A stretch of 47,928 bases of DNA from NCBI GenBank assembly GCA_043804695.1, contig JAZDIV010000031.1, positions 1-47,928 on the forward strand, in the 5' to 3' direction. This DNA comes from PVC group bacterium. GTDB lineage: Bacteria; Auribacterota; Erginobacteria; Erginobacterales; Erginobacteraceae. The position numbers were made by a program, and so were the translations under genes. A model generated the notes under the pieces. That model was given only the letters and a program-made list of their open reading frames with translations, searched no databases and had not been told where the DNA came from. Of this stretch, positions 28,357-37,955 are shown one piece after another (the first letter of the stretch is position 1; each line of letters opens with the position of its first letter).

Positions 28357-29520
28357 GTGATCTTCCTCCTCGCCTTCCTGATGAACGTCTCCACCGGGCT
28401 GCTGGTGTTGAGCAACCCCCTGCTGGCCCTCCAGCTCTTCCGGGCTGACGCCTTCATGCTGGGCCTCCTGGGGACGGTCCCGGCGATCATTTACGCGCTG
28501 GTCTGCGCCCTGAGCGGTCTCTGGGGCGACCGGATCGGCCCCCGGAAGGTGATCGTGATCGCCTGTCTCTGCCTGCTCCTGGTTTACTGCTCGATCTTCC
28601 TGGTCGGCCGGTTCGGCCACCTTCTCCTCCTGGCCGGTTTCTGGGGGCTGGGAGGCGCGCTCTTCTGGCCGGCGATGATCCGCTGGCTGGGAGAGGATGA
28701 ACGCGAGGACAGGCTGCGGCATCGGATCGGGAGCTACAACATCGCCCTGATCGCGGGGGTCATGGTGGGGCCGCCCCTGGCCGGGGCGGTCTTCCCGTTC
28801 AATTACCGGTACCCGTACCTGGTAGCGGCTTTCCTGGCTATCGTGATCCTGGCGATACTGGCCGTCGCGTGGAGGAGAAAAGTCCGTATCCCGGAATCGG
28901 CGCCCGGGCGGCCGGAAGAAGAGGGGGAGAAGGCCGTTCCGGGGTTCATCTATATCGGCTGGGCGGCGAACTTCGCGACCTGGTTCGCGATCGGCGCCTG
29001 CCAGTCGCTCTTCCCGGAACTGGCAAAATCCCTCCCGGTCCCGATCAGCGACCGGATGCTGGGGATTTTGATCGCCCTCATCCCCGCCGGCGAGATTGCG
29101 GTCTTCGCCATCCTCAGGAAGCTCCGTCACTGGCACTATAAATACCGGTATCTTTTTCTCTTCCAACTGCTGGGGATAGGGGGGCTCCTCATTATAGCCT
29201 TCAACAGCGCTCCCTGTCTTTTTATCCCCGGCTTCCTGGCGGTCGGTTTCGCCGGAGGGATGACCTATTTTTCCAGCATCTATTACAGCGTGCACCGCCA
29301 GGAAGGAAAGGGAAGAAAAAGCGGCTTCCACGAGTCTTTCCTGGGCTTCGGGGTTGCCCTGGGGCCGCTCGGCGGGGGCCTGGCCGCGAGTAGACTAGGC
29401 CTGCGCGCTCCATATTTGCTCGCCGCCGGTATTTTCGCGGCGAGTATCATCATTCAGTATTATCTGCTGCGTCGCTTCGCGCCGGGAGAACAACTCCCGG
29501 AGAACCATCAAGGAGGATGA
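28357..29520 (+). CDS. MFS transporter
   Basis: About 12 TM helices; motif A GLWGDRIGPRK. Confidence 0.85.
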   Translation: MIFLLAFLMNVSTGLLVLSNPLLALQLFRADAFMLGLLGTVPAIIYALVCALSGLWGDRIGPRKVIVIACLCLLLVYCSIFLVGRFGHLLLLAGFWGLGGALFWPAMIRWLGEDEREDRLRHRIGSYNIALIAGVMVGPPLAGAVFPFNYRYPYLVAAFLAIVILAILAVAWRRKVRIPESAPGRPEEEGEKAVPGFIYIGWAANFATWFAIGACQSLFPELAKSLPVPISDRMLGILIALIPAGEIAVFAILRKLRHWHYKYRYLFLFQLLGIGGLLIIAFNSAPCLFIPGFLAVGFAGGMTYFSSIYYSVHRQEGKGRKSGFHESFLGFGVALGPLGGGLAASRLGLRAPYLLAAGIFAASIIIQYYLLRRFAPGEQLPENHQGG

Positions 29521-29521
29521 G

Positions 29522-31198
29522 ATGAAGAGAGCCCGATACCGGATCACTGGGGCGGTATCCGCCGCCTGCGCCTTCCTGGCGCTCTTTGCGTGTGTTCCCG
29601 CCGTACCGGCCTGGAACTGGACCATGGATTATCTGGCCGCCGCCGGTCTCTGGGCGGCGGACGGCTGCGATTCCCTCCATGCCTGGGCGGGGGGCAATTC
29701 CGGCCTCATCTATGTCTACGAGAATGGAACCTGGAGTCTGCAGACCACGGTGACGGGACGAACAATACGATCAATGTATGCCTGTGATGAAGCACACGTC
29801 TGGGCAGGAACGGATAGCGGATATGTCCTCTTCTTCAACGGCGTCTCCTGGTCATACCTGACCCAGCTCAGCCCCTGGACGGGGTTCGTCAACGGTCTCT
29901 CCGGAACCGGTCCGGCCGATGTCTGGGCGGTGACCGGCGGCCAGGAGATCTATCATTATAACGGGACCGGTTGGACGCTGAGCACCAATGTTCCTGGCTA
30001 CGACCTCTACACGGTCTCCGCTCTCGACGCTTCGCGTGTCTGGGCCGGAGCACAGAACGGGATGGTGTATTTCTACAACGGATCCGGGTGGTTGGTGCAG
30101 ACCGATCTCGGCGCGGAGAGCGTGCACAGGATACTCTCTTTTCCCGACGATCTGGTTCTGGCGGTAACCGGCGCGAGCCAGGGGACCGTGTTTATAAGCC
30201 GGGACGGCGGCGCCGGCTGGTACAGCGACGCATCGACATGGACGTCGATCAATACCGCGGCCGCGGTCGACTCGTCCAAGATCTGGATCGGGCTTTCCAG
30301 CGGGGCGATCTACGGCCTCAACGGGCAGGCCCACTGGGATCAGGAAACCGATGTGGGACAATATATCTTCGGCGCCGGTAACCTGGGCCGGACCGGGGCC
30401 CTGATGATCGATATCGCGGGAAGAATATTTCATGCCGATCCGAACAAGATGCCGGAATTGAACGTCGCTTCCGGGGATTTTGACGGGAACGGAGTTTCTG
30501 ATTTCGCGGTCTTCCGGGATACGTCCGGGCTCTGGGCGGTCCGGGGGGTGACCCGGGCCTACTTCGGGCAATACGGTGACACCCCCGTCCCGGGGGACTA
30601 CGCCGGCGCCGGCCGGGCGCAGATCGCGGTCTTCCGCAACGCCGCCGGGCTCTGGGCCGTCCGGGGAACCAGCCGGACCTACTTCGGGAAAGAATTCGAT
30701 GAACCGGTGCCGGCCGACTATGACGGGGACGGGACCGCGGAGCCGGCGATCTTCCGCGCCTCTCCGGGACTGTGGTCGGTGAAAGGGGTGAGCCGGATCT
30801 ACTTCGGGACCTGGGGCGACATTCCAGTACCCGCCGACTATAACGGGGACGGCGTCGCCGACGTAGCCGTCTTCCGGCGGTCAGCCGGTCTCTGGGCAGT
30901 GAGGGGGATCACCCGGCGCTACTTCGGCGGCGCCGCCGACGTGCCCCTCCCAGCCGATTACGACGGGGACGGTACCGCGGAGATCGGACTCTTCCGCCCC
31001 CGGGCCGGCATGTGGGCGGTGAACGGGCTGACCCGGTTTTACTATGGCAGGAGGGGGGACTTCGCCGTCACCGGAAATTTTGCCGGGACGGGCCCCTCCG
31101 CCGGCGGGATCTTCCGGCCCTCAACCGGCCTCTGGTCGATCCGGGGCGGCCCCCGGGTCTACTTCGGCTCCCGTTCCGACATCCCCGTCACCCGTTAG
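29522..31198 (+). CDS. Secreted beta-propeller protein with C-terminal 6x FG-GAP-like module
   Basis: Signal peptide; repeated VWAG..G.VY.YNG..W blades; six GDxDGxG repeats ending DIPVTR. Confidence 0.8.
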   Translation: MKRARYRITGAVSAACAFLALFACVPAVPAWNWTMDYLAAAGLWAADGCDSLHAWAGGNSGLIYVYENGTWSLQTTVTGRTIRSMYACDEAHVWAGTDSGYVLFFNGVSWSYLTQLSPWTGFVNGLSGTGPADVWAVTGGQEIYHYNGTGWTLSTNVPGYDLYTVSALDASRVWAGAQNGMVYFYNGSGWLVQTDLGAESVHRILSFPDDLVLAVTGASQGTVFISRDGGAGWYSDASTWTSINTAAAVDSSKIWIGLSSGAIYGLNGQAHWDQETDVGQYIFGAGNLGRTGALMIDIAGRIFHADPNKMPELNVASGDFDGNGVSDFAVFRDTSGLWAVRGVTRAYFGQYGDTPVPGDYAGAGRAQIAVFRNAAGLWAVRGTSRTYFGKEFDEPVPADYDGDGTAEPAIFRASPGLWSVKGVSRIYFGTWGDIPVPADYNGDGVADVAVFRRSAGLWAVRGITRRYFGGAADVPLPADYDGDGTAEIGLFRPRAGMWAVNGLTRFYYGRRGDFAVTGNFAGTGPSAGGIFRPSTGLWSIRGGPRVYFGSRSDIPVTR

Positions 31199-31333
31199 GC
31201 GCCGGGCCTTTCCGGAGGAGAGCCTGGGCGGTTGTATAACGTCTCCCTGAATCGTGTCCGGGTGTTGGATGTTGCCATTCCTTGAGTAGTGTGGTAGGGT
31301 CACCTTCCTAAAGTTTTTCGGAGAAAAATTTTA

Positions 31334-32695
31334 ATGAAGAGTGCTTTTTTCTGCCAGGAGTGCGGGTACAGGTCATTGAAGTGGTTGGGGAAATGCCCCG
31401 GCTGCGGCGGGTGGAACACCCTCGTGGAAGAGACGGTCGAGGTGGAGAAAAAAGGGACCCGGGCCCATCCCCGCTGGGAGAGGCAGAAGCCCCTTCCGAT
31501 CAGCGAGATCAAGTCCCGGGCCGACATCCGGACCCGGACCGGGATCAAGGAGTTCGACCGGATCCTGGGCGGGGGGATCGTGGCCGGTTCCCTGGTCCTG
31601 GTCGGCGGCGAACCCGGGATCGGCAAGTCGACCATCCTCCTCCAGGTGAGCAACGCGCTCTCGCTTTCCGAGAAGACGGTCCTCTACGTGAGCGGGGAGG
31701 AGTCGGTCGAGCAGTCGAAGCTCCGGGCGGAGCGGCTGGGCGCCTCTTCTCCCGGGCTCTACCTGGTCTCGGAGACGAACCTCGACCTGATCCTGGAGTA
31801 CATCCGGGAGGTGCAGCCCTCCCTGGTCGTCATCGATTCCATTCAGACCGTCTTCCACCCGGAGGTGACTTCGGCCCCGGGGAGCATCTCCCAGGTCCGG
31901 GAGTGCGCCGCCCGCCTCCTGGTGGCGGCGAAGTCGGAGGGGTTCGCCATCTTCCTGGTCGGCCACGTGACCAAGACGGGGGCGATCGCCGGGCCCCGGG
32001 TGCTGGAGCACATGGTGGACACCGTCCTTTACTTCGAGGGCGACCGCCACCACGCCTATCGGATCCTGCGGGCGGTCAAAAACCGGTTCGGCTCGACCGA
32101 CGAGATCGGGATCTTCCAGATGTCGGAGGGCGGGCTGATGGAGGTGAAGAACCCGTCCGAGATCTTCCTCTCCCAGCGGGAGCCGGGGCTGACCGGCTCG
32201 GTGGTCGTCCCCTGCCTGGAGGGGAAGCGCCCGATCCTGGTCGAGATCCAGGCTCTGACCGTCTCCACCGGGCTGGCGATCCCCCGCCGCCGGGCGACCG
32301 GGCTGGACGTAAACCGGGTCCTGATCCTGATGGCGGTCCTGGAGCGGCGGGCCGGGCTGCGCCTGCAGGACAAGGATGTCTTCGTCAACGTGGTGGGCGG
32401 GGTGAAGATCACCGAGCCGGCCGCCGACCTGGGGGTGGTGGCGGCGGTGGCCTCCAACGTCAAGAACGCGCCGATCCCGCCGGAGACGGTGGTCCTGGGA
32501 GAGGTCGGGCTGGGGGGAGAGGTCCGGGCGGTCCGGCAGATCGAGCAGCGGCTGAAGGAGGCGGCCAAGCTTGGCTTCGAGCGGGCGATCATTCCCGGGA
32601 GCGGCGCGGACGAGATCAGGAAGATCAAGGGACTGGAGATCGTGCCGGTCCGGAAGATCCGGGAGGCATTAGCCGCCGCTTTGCAAAAACAGTAA
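31334..32695 (+). CDS. radA: DNA repair protein RadA/Sms
   Basis: CQECG..KWLGKCPGC zinc finger, GEPGIGKST, KNRFG motif and Lon-like C-terminus. Confidence 0.97.
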   Translation: MKSAFFCQECGYRSLKWLGKCPGCGGWNTLVEETVEVEKKGTRAHPRWERQKPLPISEIKSRADIRTRTGIKEFDRILGGGIVAGSLVLVGGEPGIGKSTILLQVSNALSLSEKTVLYVSGEESVEQSKLRAERLGASSPGLYLVSETNLDLILEYIREVQPSLVVIDSIQTVFHPEVTSAPGSISQVRECAARLLVAAKSEGFAIFLVGHVTKTGAIAGPRVLEHMVDTVLYFEGDRHHAYRILRAVKNRFGSTDEIGIFQMSEGGLMEVKNPSEIFLSQREPGLTGSVVVPCLEGKRPILVEIQALTVSTGLAIPRRRATGLDVNRVLILMAVLERRAGLRLQDKDVFVNVVGGVKITEPAADLGVVAAVASNVKNAPIPPETVVLGEVGLGGEVRAVRQIEQRLKEAAKLGFERAIIPGSGADEIRKIKGLEIVPVRKIREALAAALQKQ

Positions 32696-32817
32696 TCAGT
32701 AATCAGTAAGCAGGGGCGTCTCCCGGTTAAAGACCTGTTCACTGATTACTGAATACCGATTACCTTCAGCGCTTCAGGTATCGCGTTTTCGTTTAATTGA
32801 GAATATGAATTGAGAAT

Positions 32818-33549
32818 ATGAAAGCCGGAGCAATAATCGTCGCGGCGGGCCAGGGGAAGCGGATGAAGGGGCGGGAGAAGCTCTTCCTTCCTCTCAACGG
32901 CGTTCCTCTCTTGGCGTTGACGCTCGGCGCCTACCAGGCGCACCCGGAGATTTCGGTCATCGTCCTGGTCGCCAATGACCTGGTCCGCGGCCGGTTCGAG
33001 GAAGAGCTCCGGGGCCGGTACCGCCTCTCCAAGGTCATCGCCGTGGCGGCGGGCGGCCCCCGGCGCCAGGACTCGGTCTATAACGGCCTGCGGGCGTTTC
33101 CGGAGCCGCCCAGGGTGGTCCTCATCCACGACGGGGACCGGCCGTTCATCGGCCGGAAGATCATCACCGCCGTGCTCGAAGGTGCCGCGGCGGGAGGGGC
33201 GATCGCCGCCGTTCCCGTCAAGGACACGGTGAAAAGAGTGGACGGGGATGGGGTAATCATCGATACTCCCGCGCGGACGGGGCTCTGGCTGGCGCAGACA
33301 CCGCAAGGATTCCCCTTCGAGACCATCCTGGCCGCCCACCAGAAGGCACGGGAGGAAGGCTGGGCCGCCACCGACGACGCCTCGATGGTCGAACGCCTGG
33401 GTGTCACGGTGCGGGCGGTGGAGGGAAGCTACGAGAACATCAAGGTGACGACGCTCGAGGATCTCGCCCTGGCGGAAGTGATCCTGAAAAGCAGGATGGT
33501 GCCCAACGGGGAGACGGTAAACCGATTTACACAGATGAACACAGTTTAG
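32818..33549 (+). CDS. ispD: 2-C-methyl-D-erythritol 4-phosphate cytidylyltransferase
   Basis: AAGQGKRM, RQDSV, LIHDGDRP, AQTPQGF, TDDAS and NIKVTT motifs. Confidence 0.95.
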   Translation: MKAGAIIVAAGQGKRMKGREKLFLPLNGVPLLALTLGAYQAHPEISVIVLVANDLVRGRFEEELRGRYRLSKVIAVAAGGPRRQDSVYNGLRAFPEPPRVVLIHDGDRPFIGRKIITAVLEGAAAGGAIAAVPVKDTVKRVDGDGVIIDTPARTGLWLAQTPQGFPFETILAAHQKAREEGWAATDDASMVERLGVTVRAVEGSYENIKVTTLEDLALAEVILKSRMVPNGETVNRFTQMNTV

Positions 33550-33720
33550 GTTCCTCTACCTCGCCCCCCTAAATTTAACAGACGATTGAATGTGATTGGA
33601 TGTGAAATAACAAATAATTCTTATAGTAAGGTCACTACGATTTGTATTTTTGGCTATTGTTTTATTAATCGGCATAATCCGCTAAATCCGCGGTTAAATA
33701 AGTTGCGAAGCTAAATGCCT

Positions 33721-34203
33721 ATGAGAGTCGGGATCGGATACGACATTCATCGCTTGGCAAAGGGACGGCGGCTGGTCCTGGGCGGTGTGGAGATACCGTG
33801 CGGGCGGGGGCTGCTCGGGCATTCGGATGCCGACGCGCTGACCCACGCCGTCTGCGACGCGCTCCTCGGCGCCGCGGGGCTGGGCGACATCGGGCGGCAT
33901 TTCCCCGACACCGACCAGCGGTACCGGGGGATATCGAGCCTGAAGCTCCTGGCAACGACGGTGGCGACGGTCCGGGCGGCCGGTTTCGAGGTTGAAAACA
34001 TCGATGTCACGGTGGTTCTCCAGGAACCGAGACTCGCTCCGCTGATCAGAGAGATGGAGGAGACCCTGGCGGGGACGCTGGGGATTGAGGCGTCAAGGAT
34101 CAATGTCAAGGCCGCCACCAACGAGGGGCTGGACGCGGTCGGCCGGGGAGAGGCGATCGCGGCCTGGGCGGCGGCGTGTGTTGCTGAAAAGCATAGAGCA
34201 TAG
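33721..34203 (+). CDS. ispF: 2-C-methyl-D-erythritol 2,4-cyclodiphosphate synthase
   Basis: [33 protein letters not shown] and NVKA.T.E motifs. Confidence 0.95.
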   Translation: MRVGIGYDIHRLAKGRRLVLGGVEIPCGRGLLGHSDADALTHAVCDALLGAAGLGDIGRHFPDTDQRYRGISSLKLLATTVATVRAAGFEVENIDVTVVLQEPRLAPLIREMEETLAGTLGIEASRINVKAATNEGLDAVGRGEAIAAWAAACVAEKHRA

Positions 34204-34359
34204 CGTAGAGCATTATATGGTTATCGGTAATCCGTATACAGTTAGCAGTAAGCGGTAAGCAGTTAGCGGTAAGCAGTAGCTCCCCGTCACCGCTTACTGC
34301 TTACCGCTTACTGCTTACCGAGAAAAATACGTATCACTGGAAATAGAAAAGCTGATTCA

Positions 34360-35859
34360 ATGAACAAGCTGCACGTCTACAATACGAGAAGTCGGGAAAA
34401 AGAACTCTTCGAACCGATGGAACCGGGCCGGGTGCGGATGTACGTCTGCGGCGTCACCGTCTATGACTACTGCCACCTCGGGCATGCCCGCTGCTACGTG
34501 GCCTTCGACGTCATCTGTCGCTACCTCCGGTACCGCGGCTACGAGGTCACCTACGTCCAGAACATCACCGATCTCGACGACAAGCTGATCAAGCGGGCCC
34601 GGGAAGACGGCGGGGAAGGGGACATGAAAACCCGGGTGGCGGATCTGGCGGGGAAGTTCACCGCCGCCTACTTCGAGGACATGGAACGGCTGAACGTCCT
34701 CCCGGCGGATGCCTACCCCGCGGCGACCGGGCACATCGGGGAGATGCAGGAGATCATCTCCGGGCTGATCGGGAAAGGGCACGCCTACGAGCGGCAGGGG
34801 GATGTCTACTTCGAGGTCTCCTCCTTCCCGGAATACGGGACCATCTCCGGAAAGAACCCGGACGACCTTCGGGCCGGCGCCCGGGTGGCGGTGGACGAAA
34901 AGAAGAAGAACCCCCTTGACTTCGCCCTCTGGAAGGCGGCCGCCCCCGGGGAACCGTCCTGGCCCAGCCCCTGGGGCGGCGGTCGCCCGGGGTGGCACAT
35001 CGAGTGAAGTGCCATGAGCATGAAGTTGCTGGGGCCGTCCTTCGACATTCACGGCGGGGGCCAGGACCTGGTCTTCCCCCACCACGAGAACGAACGGGCC
35101 CAGTCGGAGGCTTATTCCGGCCAGCCCTTCGCCCGCTATTGGCTCCATAACGGGTTCGTCACCATCAACCAGGAGAAGATGTCGAAGTCCCTCGGCAACG
35201 CCTTCACCCTGCGGGATATTTTCCCGGCCTTTCCTCCCCGGGTGATACGGTTTTTTCTCCTCAGCCAGCATTACCGCAGCCCGGTCGACTACAGCGAGGA
35301 GGCGTTGCAGGAGGCCCGGCAGGCCCTTTTCCGGCTCGACAACTGCTACGGCATGGCCCTGGATCACGGGGGAGATATTTTCTCCCTGCCCCCCGATCAA
35401 GAGACCATGACTGAGTTCGAGGAAGCGATGAACGACGATTTCAATACCGCCGCCGCTCTGGCTGTTGTCTATAAGATAGTCGAAGAATTCTACAAGAATT
35501 ACCGGAATCCTGAGTTGCCTGACACACTCAAGACTAAGTTGTCGGCCGTGAAAAAGATATGTTCCATTCTGGGAGTCGATTTAATCGATCCGATTCACGA
35601 GATCCCAAAGGAAACGCAGACGATAGATCTTTCAAACTATCCCGGTTTAGCGGATCGAATCATCTCGGAAAATAGACTGACTGAAGGGAATCTTCAGGCT
35701 CTGGTCCTTTGCCGGGAAAAGGCGCGTCAGAACAAGGATTGGACTCTGGCTGACCGGATCCGGGGTTATTTAAAAGAAAAGGGCGTTACGGTCATGGACC
35801 GGCGAGGGAAAAGCACCGCGGCGGTGTATTACCTGGAACAGCTCGATCATATAAAATAG
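34360..35859 (+). CDS. cysS: Cysteine--tRNA ligase with in-frame TGA at codon 216 (35005-35007)
   Basis: MYVCGVTVYDYCHLGH (HIGH), GRPGWHIE-TGA-SAMS, DIHGGGQDL.FPHHENE and KMSKS are all in one frame; 499 codons if read through. Confidence 0.93.
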
Positions 35860-35904
35860 CTCGCGAAGCTCGCTATTTTATAGACCCGACTTCGTCGGGT
35901 CTAT
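35853..35904. repeat. Tandem double hairpin after cysS
   Basis: ATAAAATAGC...GCTATTTTAT followed by TATAGACCCGAC-TTC-GTCGGGTCTATA. Confidence 0.5.
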
Positions 35905-35963
35905 AGTTTGAAGATTATTCATTGTTCAGGCAACCTCAATTCAATTTTTTCGGAGAAAAAATA

Positions 35964-36617
35964 ATGATGAAAGGGACTTTCATAACGTTCGAGGGCGGGG
36001 AGGGGAGCGGGAAGAGCACCCAGGCCCGGCTTCTAGCCGGCTACCTGAAACAGGCGGGCCGCGACGTGGTGGCGACCCGGGAACCGGGGGGAACCGAGAT
36101 CGGGGATGAGATCCGGGGAATCCTGCTCAACCCGGAACTGACGGAGATGGGCAACGTCACCGAGCTGCTGCTGCTGGCGGCCAGCCGCGCCCAGAACGTC
36201 TGCGAGAGGATCAGGCCGGCGCTGGAGAGGGGGGCGGTGGTGATCTGCGACCGCTTTATCGACAGCACCCTGGCCTACCAGGGGTACGGAAGGAAATTCG
36301 ACCTCAAGCTGCTCGCTTCCCTCAACCGCCTGGCCACCGGCGGCGTGACGCCGGACCTGACCATCCTCCTCGACCTGTCGCCGGAGATCGGCCTCGCGCG
36401 CGCCAAGGCCCTCGACAAGGCGGGATCGAAAAAGGGCGAGGGCGACCGCATCGAGCAGGAAGACATCGAGTTCCACCGAAGGCTGCGGAAGGGGTTCCTG
36501 GAGCTGGCGGAGAAGGAGCCGGAGCGGTTCCGGATGATCCCGGTCCAGGGAAACATCGAGGCCGCCCAGCGGCTGGTGATCGGGATCGTGGAGGAGTTTC
36601 TCAAAAGCAGGGAATGA
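35964..36617 (+). CDS. tmk: Thymidylate kinase
   Basis: FITFEGGEGSGKST, TREPGG, CDRFIDSTLAYQG and PDLT motifs. Confidence 0.96.
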   Translation: MMKGTFITFEGGEGSGKSTQARLLAGYLKQAGRDVVATREPGGTEIGDEIRGILLNPELTEMGNVTELLLLAASRAQNVCERIRPALERGAVVICDRFIDSTLAYQGYGRKFDLKLLASLNRLATGGVTPDLTILLDLSPEIGLARAKALDKAGSKKGEGDRIEQEDIEFHRRLRKGFLELAEKEPERFRMIPVQGNIEAAQRLVIGIVEEFLKSRE

Positions 36618-36721
36618 TCGAACAATGGAGTAATGGAATGATGGAGTAATGGAGTGATGGGAGCGGCAGGAAGGCAGGATAACTTTAGGCACTTCTCACT
36701 TTAGCTCACTTTTAACTTTAC

Positions 36722-37855
36722 ATGTCTCTCTGGGATACTATACACGGGCAGGCCGGGGCGGTGACCTATCTCCGGCAGGCGATCAGGAAAGAGCGGGTGG
36801 TCAGCGCCTATCTCTTCGCCGGGCCGGAAGGAGCGGGGAAGACGCTGACCGCCTCCGTCTTCGCCCGGGCGCTCAACTGCCAGCCGGCCCCGGGGGAGGG
36901 GTGCGGCTCCTGCCCGGACTGCCGGGAGATCGCGGGGGGCTCTCATCCGGACGTGCATTTCCTTTCCCCCGCCAGCAAGAGCCGCCGGATCGTGATTGAT
37001 CAGCTCCGCGATCTGCTGCGGCTGGTCCATCTCCAGACCCGCCGGGACAGCTGGAAAGTGTGCGTGATCGAGGAAGCGGATCGGATGAATGAAAGCGCCC
37101 AGAACGCCTTCCTGAAGACCCTGGAAGAGCCGCCGGAGCGGACGGTCCTGATCCTGGTCACGCCGCAGCCGGGAGAGCTTTTCCCCACGATCCGGAGCCG
37201 GTGCCAGCGGGTGTCGTTTGTCCCCTGGACCTTCGGGATGATGCGGCCTTTTCTATCGGAGAAGACCGGGCTTTCGGAAGACGAGAGCCGCGTTCTGCAT
37301 CGCATCTCCGGCGGCTGTCCCGGCCGGGCCCTGCGTCTTTTCCGGGGGGGGATCCTGGAGACCAGAAAAAAGGTGGTCGGCCCGCTGGTCGAAGGACGGT
37401 TCGCCTCCGCCCGGGAAGTGATCGCCCGGGCCGAAGCCTGGCTGGATTACCTGGCGGAACGCAGCCGGGCCCTGCGCGAAGAGCTGGATGGAAGAAGGGC
37501 GGAATGGGGCGAAGCCCTGGGGCCCCCCCAGCTGAAGGCGCTGGAGGAGCAGGACAACGCGGCCGTCGCGGCCGGGGAACGGGCGGAGCTGGACCTGATT
37601 TTTGAATTGATCTTCAGCTGGATCCGTGATTTGTTTGTCTGCCGGTCGGCGGGCGGTGAAGCCCCTCTCATCAACGGGGACCTGGCGGACCGGATCGCGG
37701 CCGCGTCCCGCCGCCGGACGCCGGCCCAGCTTCGGCGAATGCTGGAGTGGGTGGGGAAAAGCCGGGACTGGGCCGTGAAAGCGGGGGGGCGGGCTGCCCG
37801 GCAGCTGATTTTAGAGAACATGCTGATCCAGCTCGGCTACTGGCAGCCCCGCTGA
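36722..37855 (+). CDS. holB: DNA polymerase III subunit delta'
   Basis: AYLFAGPEGAGK, C..CG.CPDC zinc motif, HPDV, NAFLKTLEEP and TIRSRC; follows tmk. Confidence 0.9.
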   Translation: MSLWDTIHGQAGAVTYLRQAIRKERVVSAYLFAGPEGAGKTLTASVFARALNCQPAPGEGCGSCPDCREIAGGSHPDVHFLSPASKSRRIVIDQLRDLLRLVHLQTRRDSWKVCVIEEADRMNESAQNAFLKTLEEPPERTVLILVTPQPGELFPTIRSRCQRVSFVPWTFGMMRPFLSEKTGLSEDESRVLHRISGGCPGRALRLFRGGILETRKKVVGPLVEGRFASAREVIARAEAWLDYLAERSRALREELDGRRAEWGEALGPPQLKALEEQDNAAVAAGERAELDLIFELIFSWIRDLFVCRSAGGEAPLINGDLADRIAAASRRRTPAQLRRMLEWVGKSRDWAVKAGGRAARQLILENMLIQLGYWQPR

Positions 37856-37955
37856 CAAGGACTGCCGCCGGCCGGGCCTGTTCACGCACATGCATTCTAA
37901 CCCGATTTATTCACAACAGGATTTCTGCCCGGATTTTCCGAAGGAAAATATTATT

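Noticed and set aside
34360..35859. cysS as two separate genes (split enzyme, 215 + 281 aa)
   Set aside because: The break falls on the zinc-ligand Cys itself, which neither half would encode, and there is no clear RBS before 35014.
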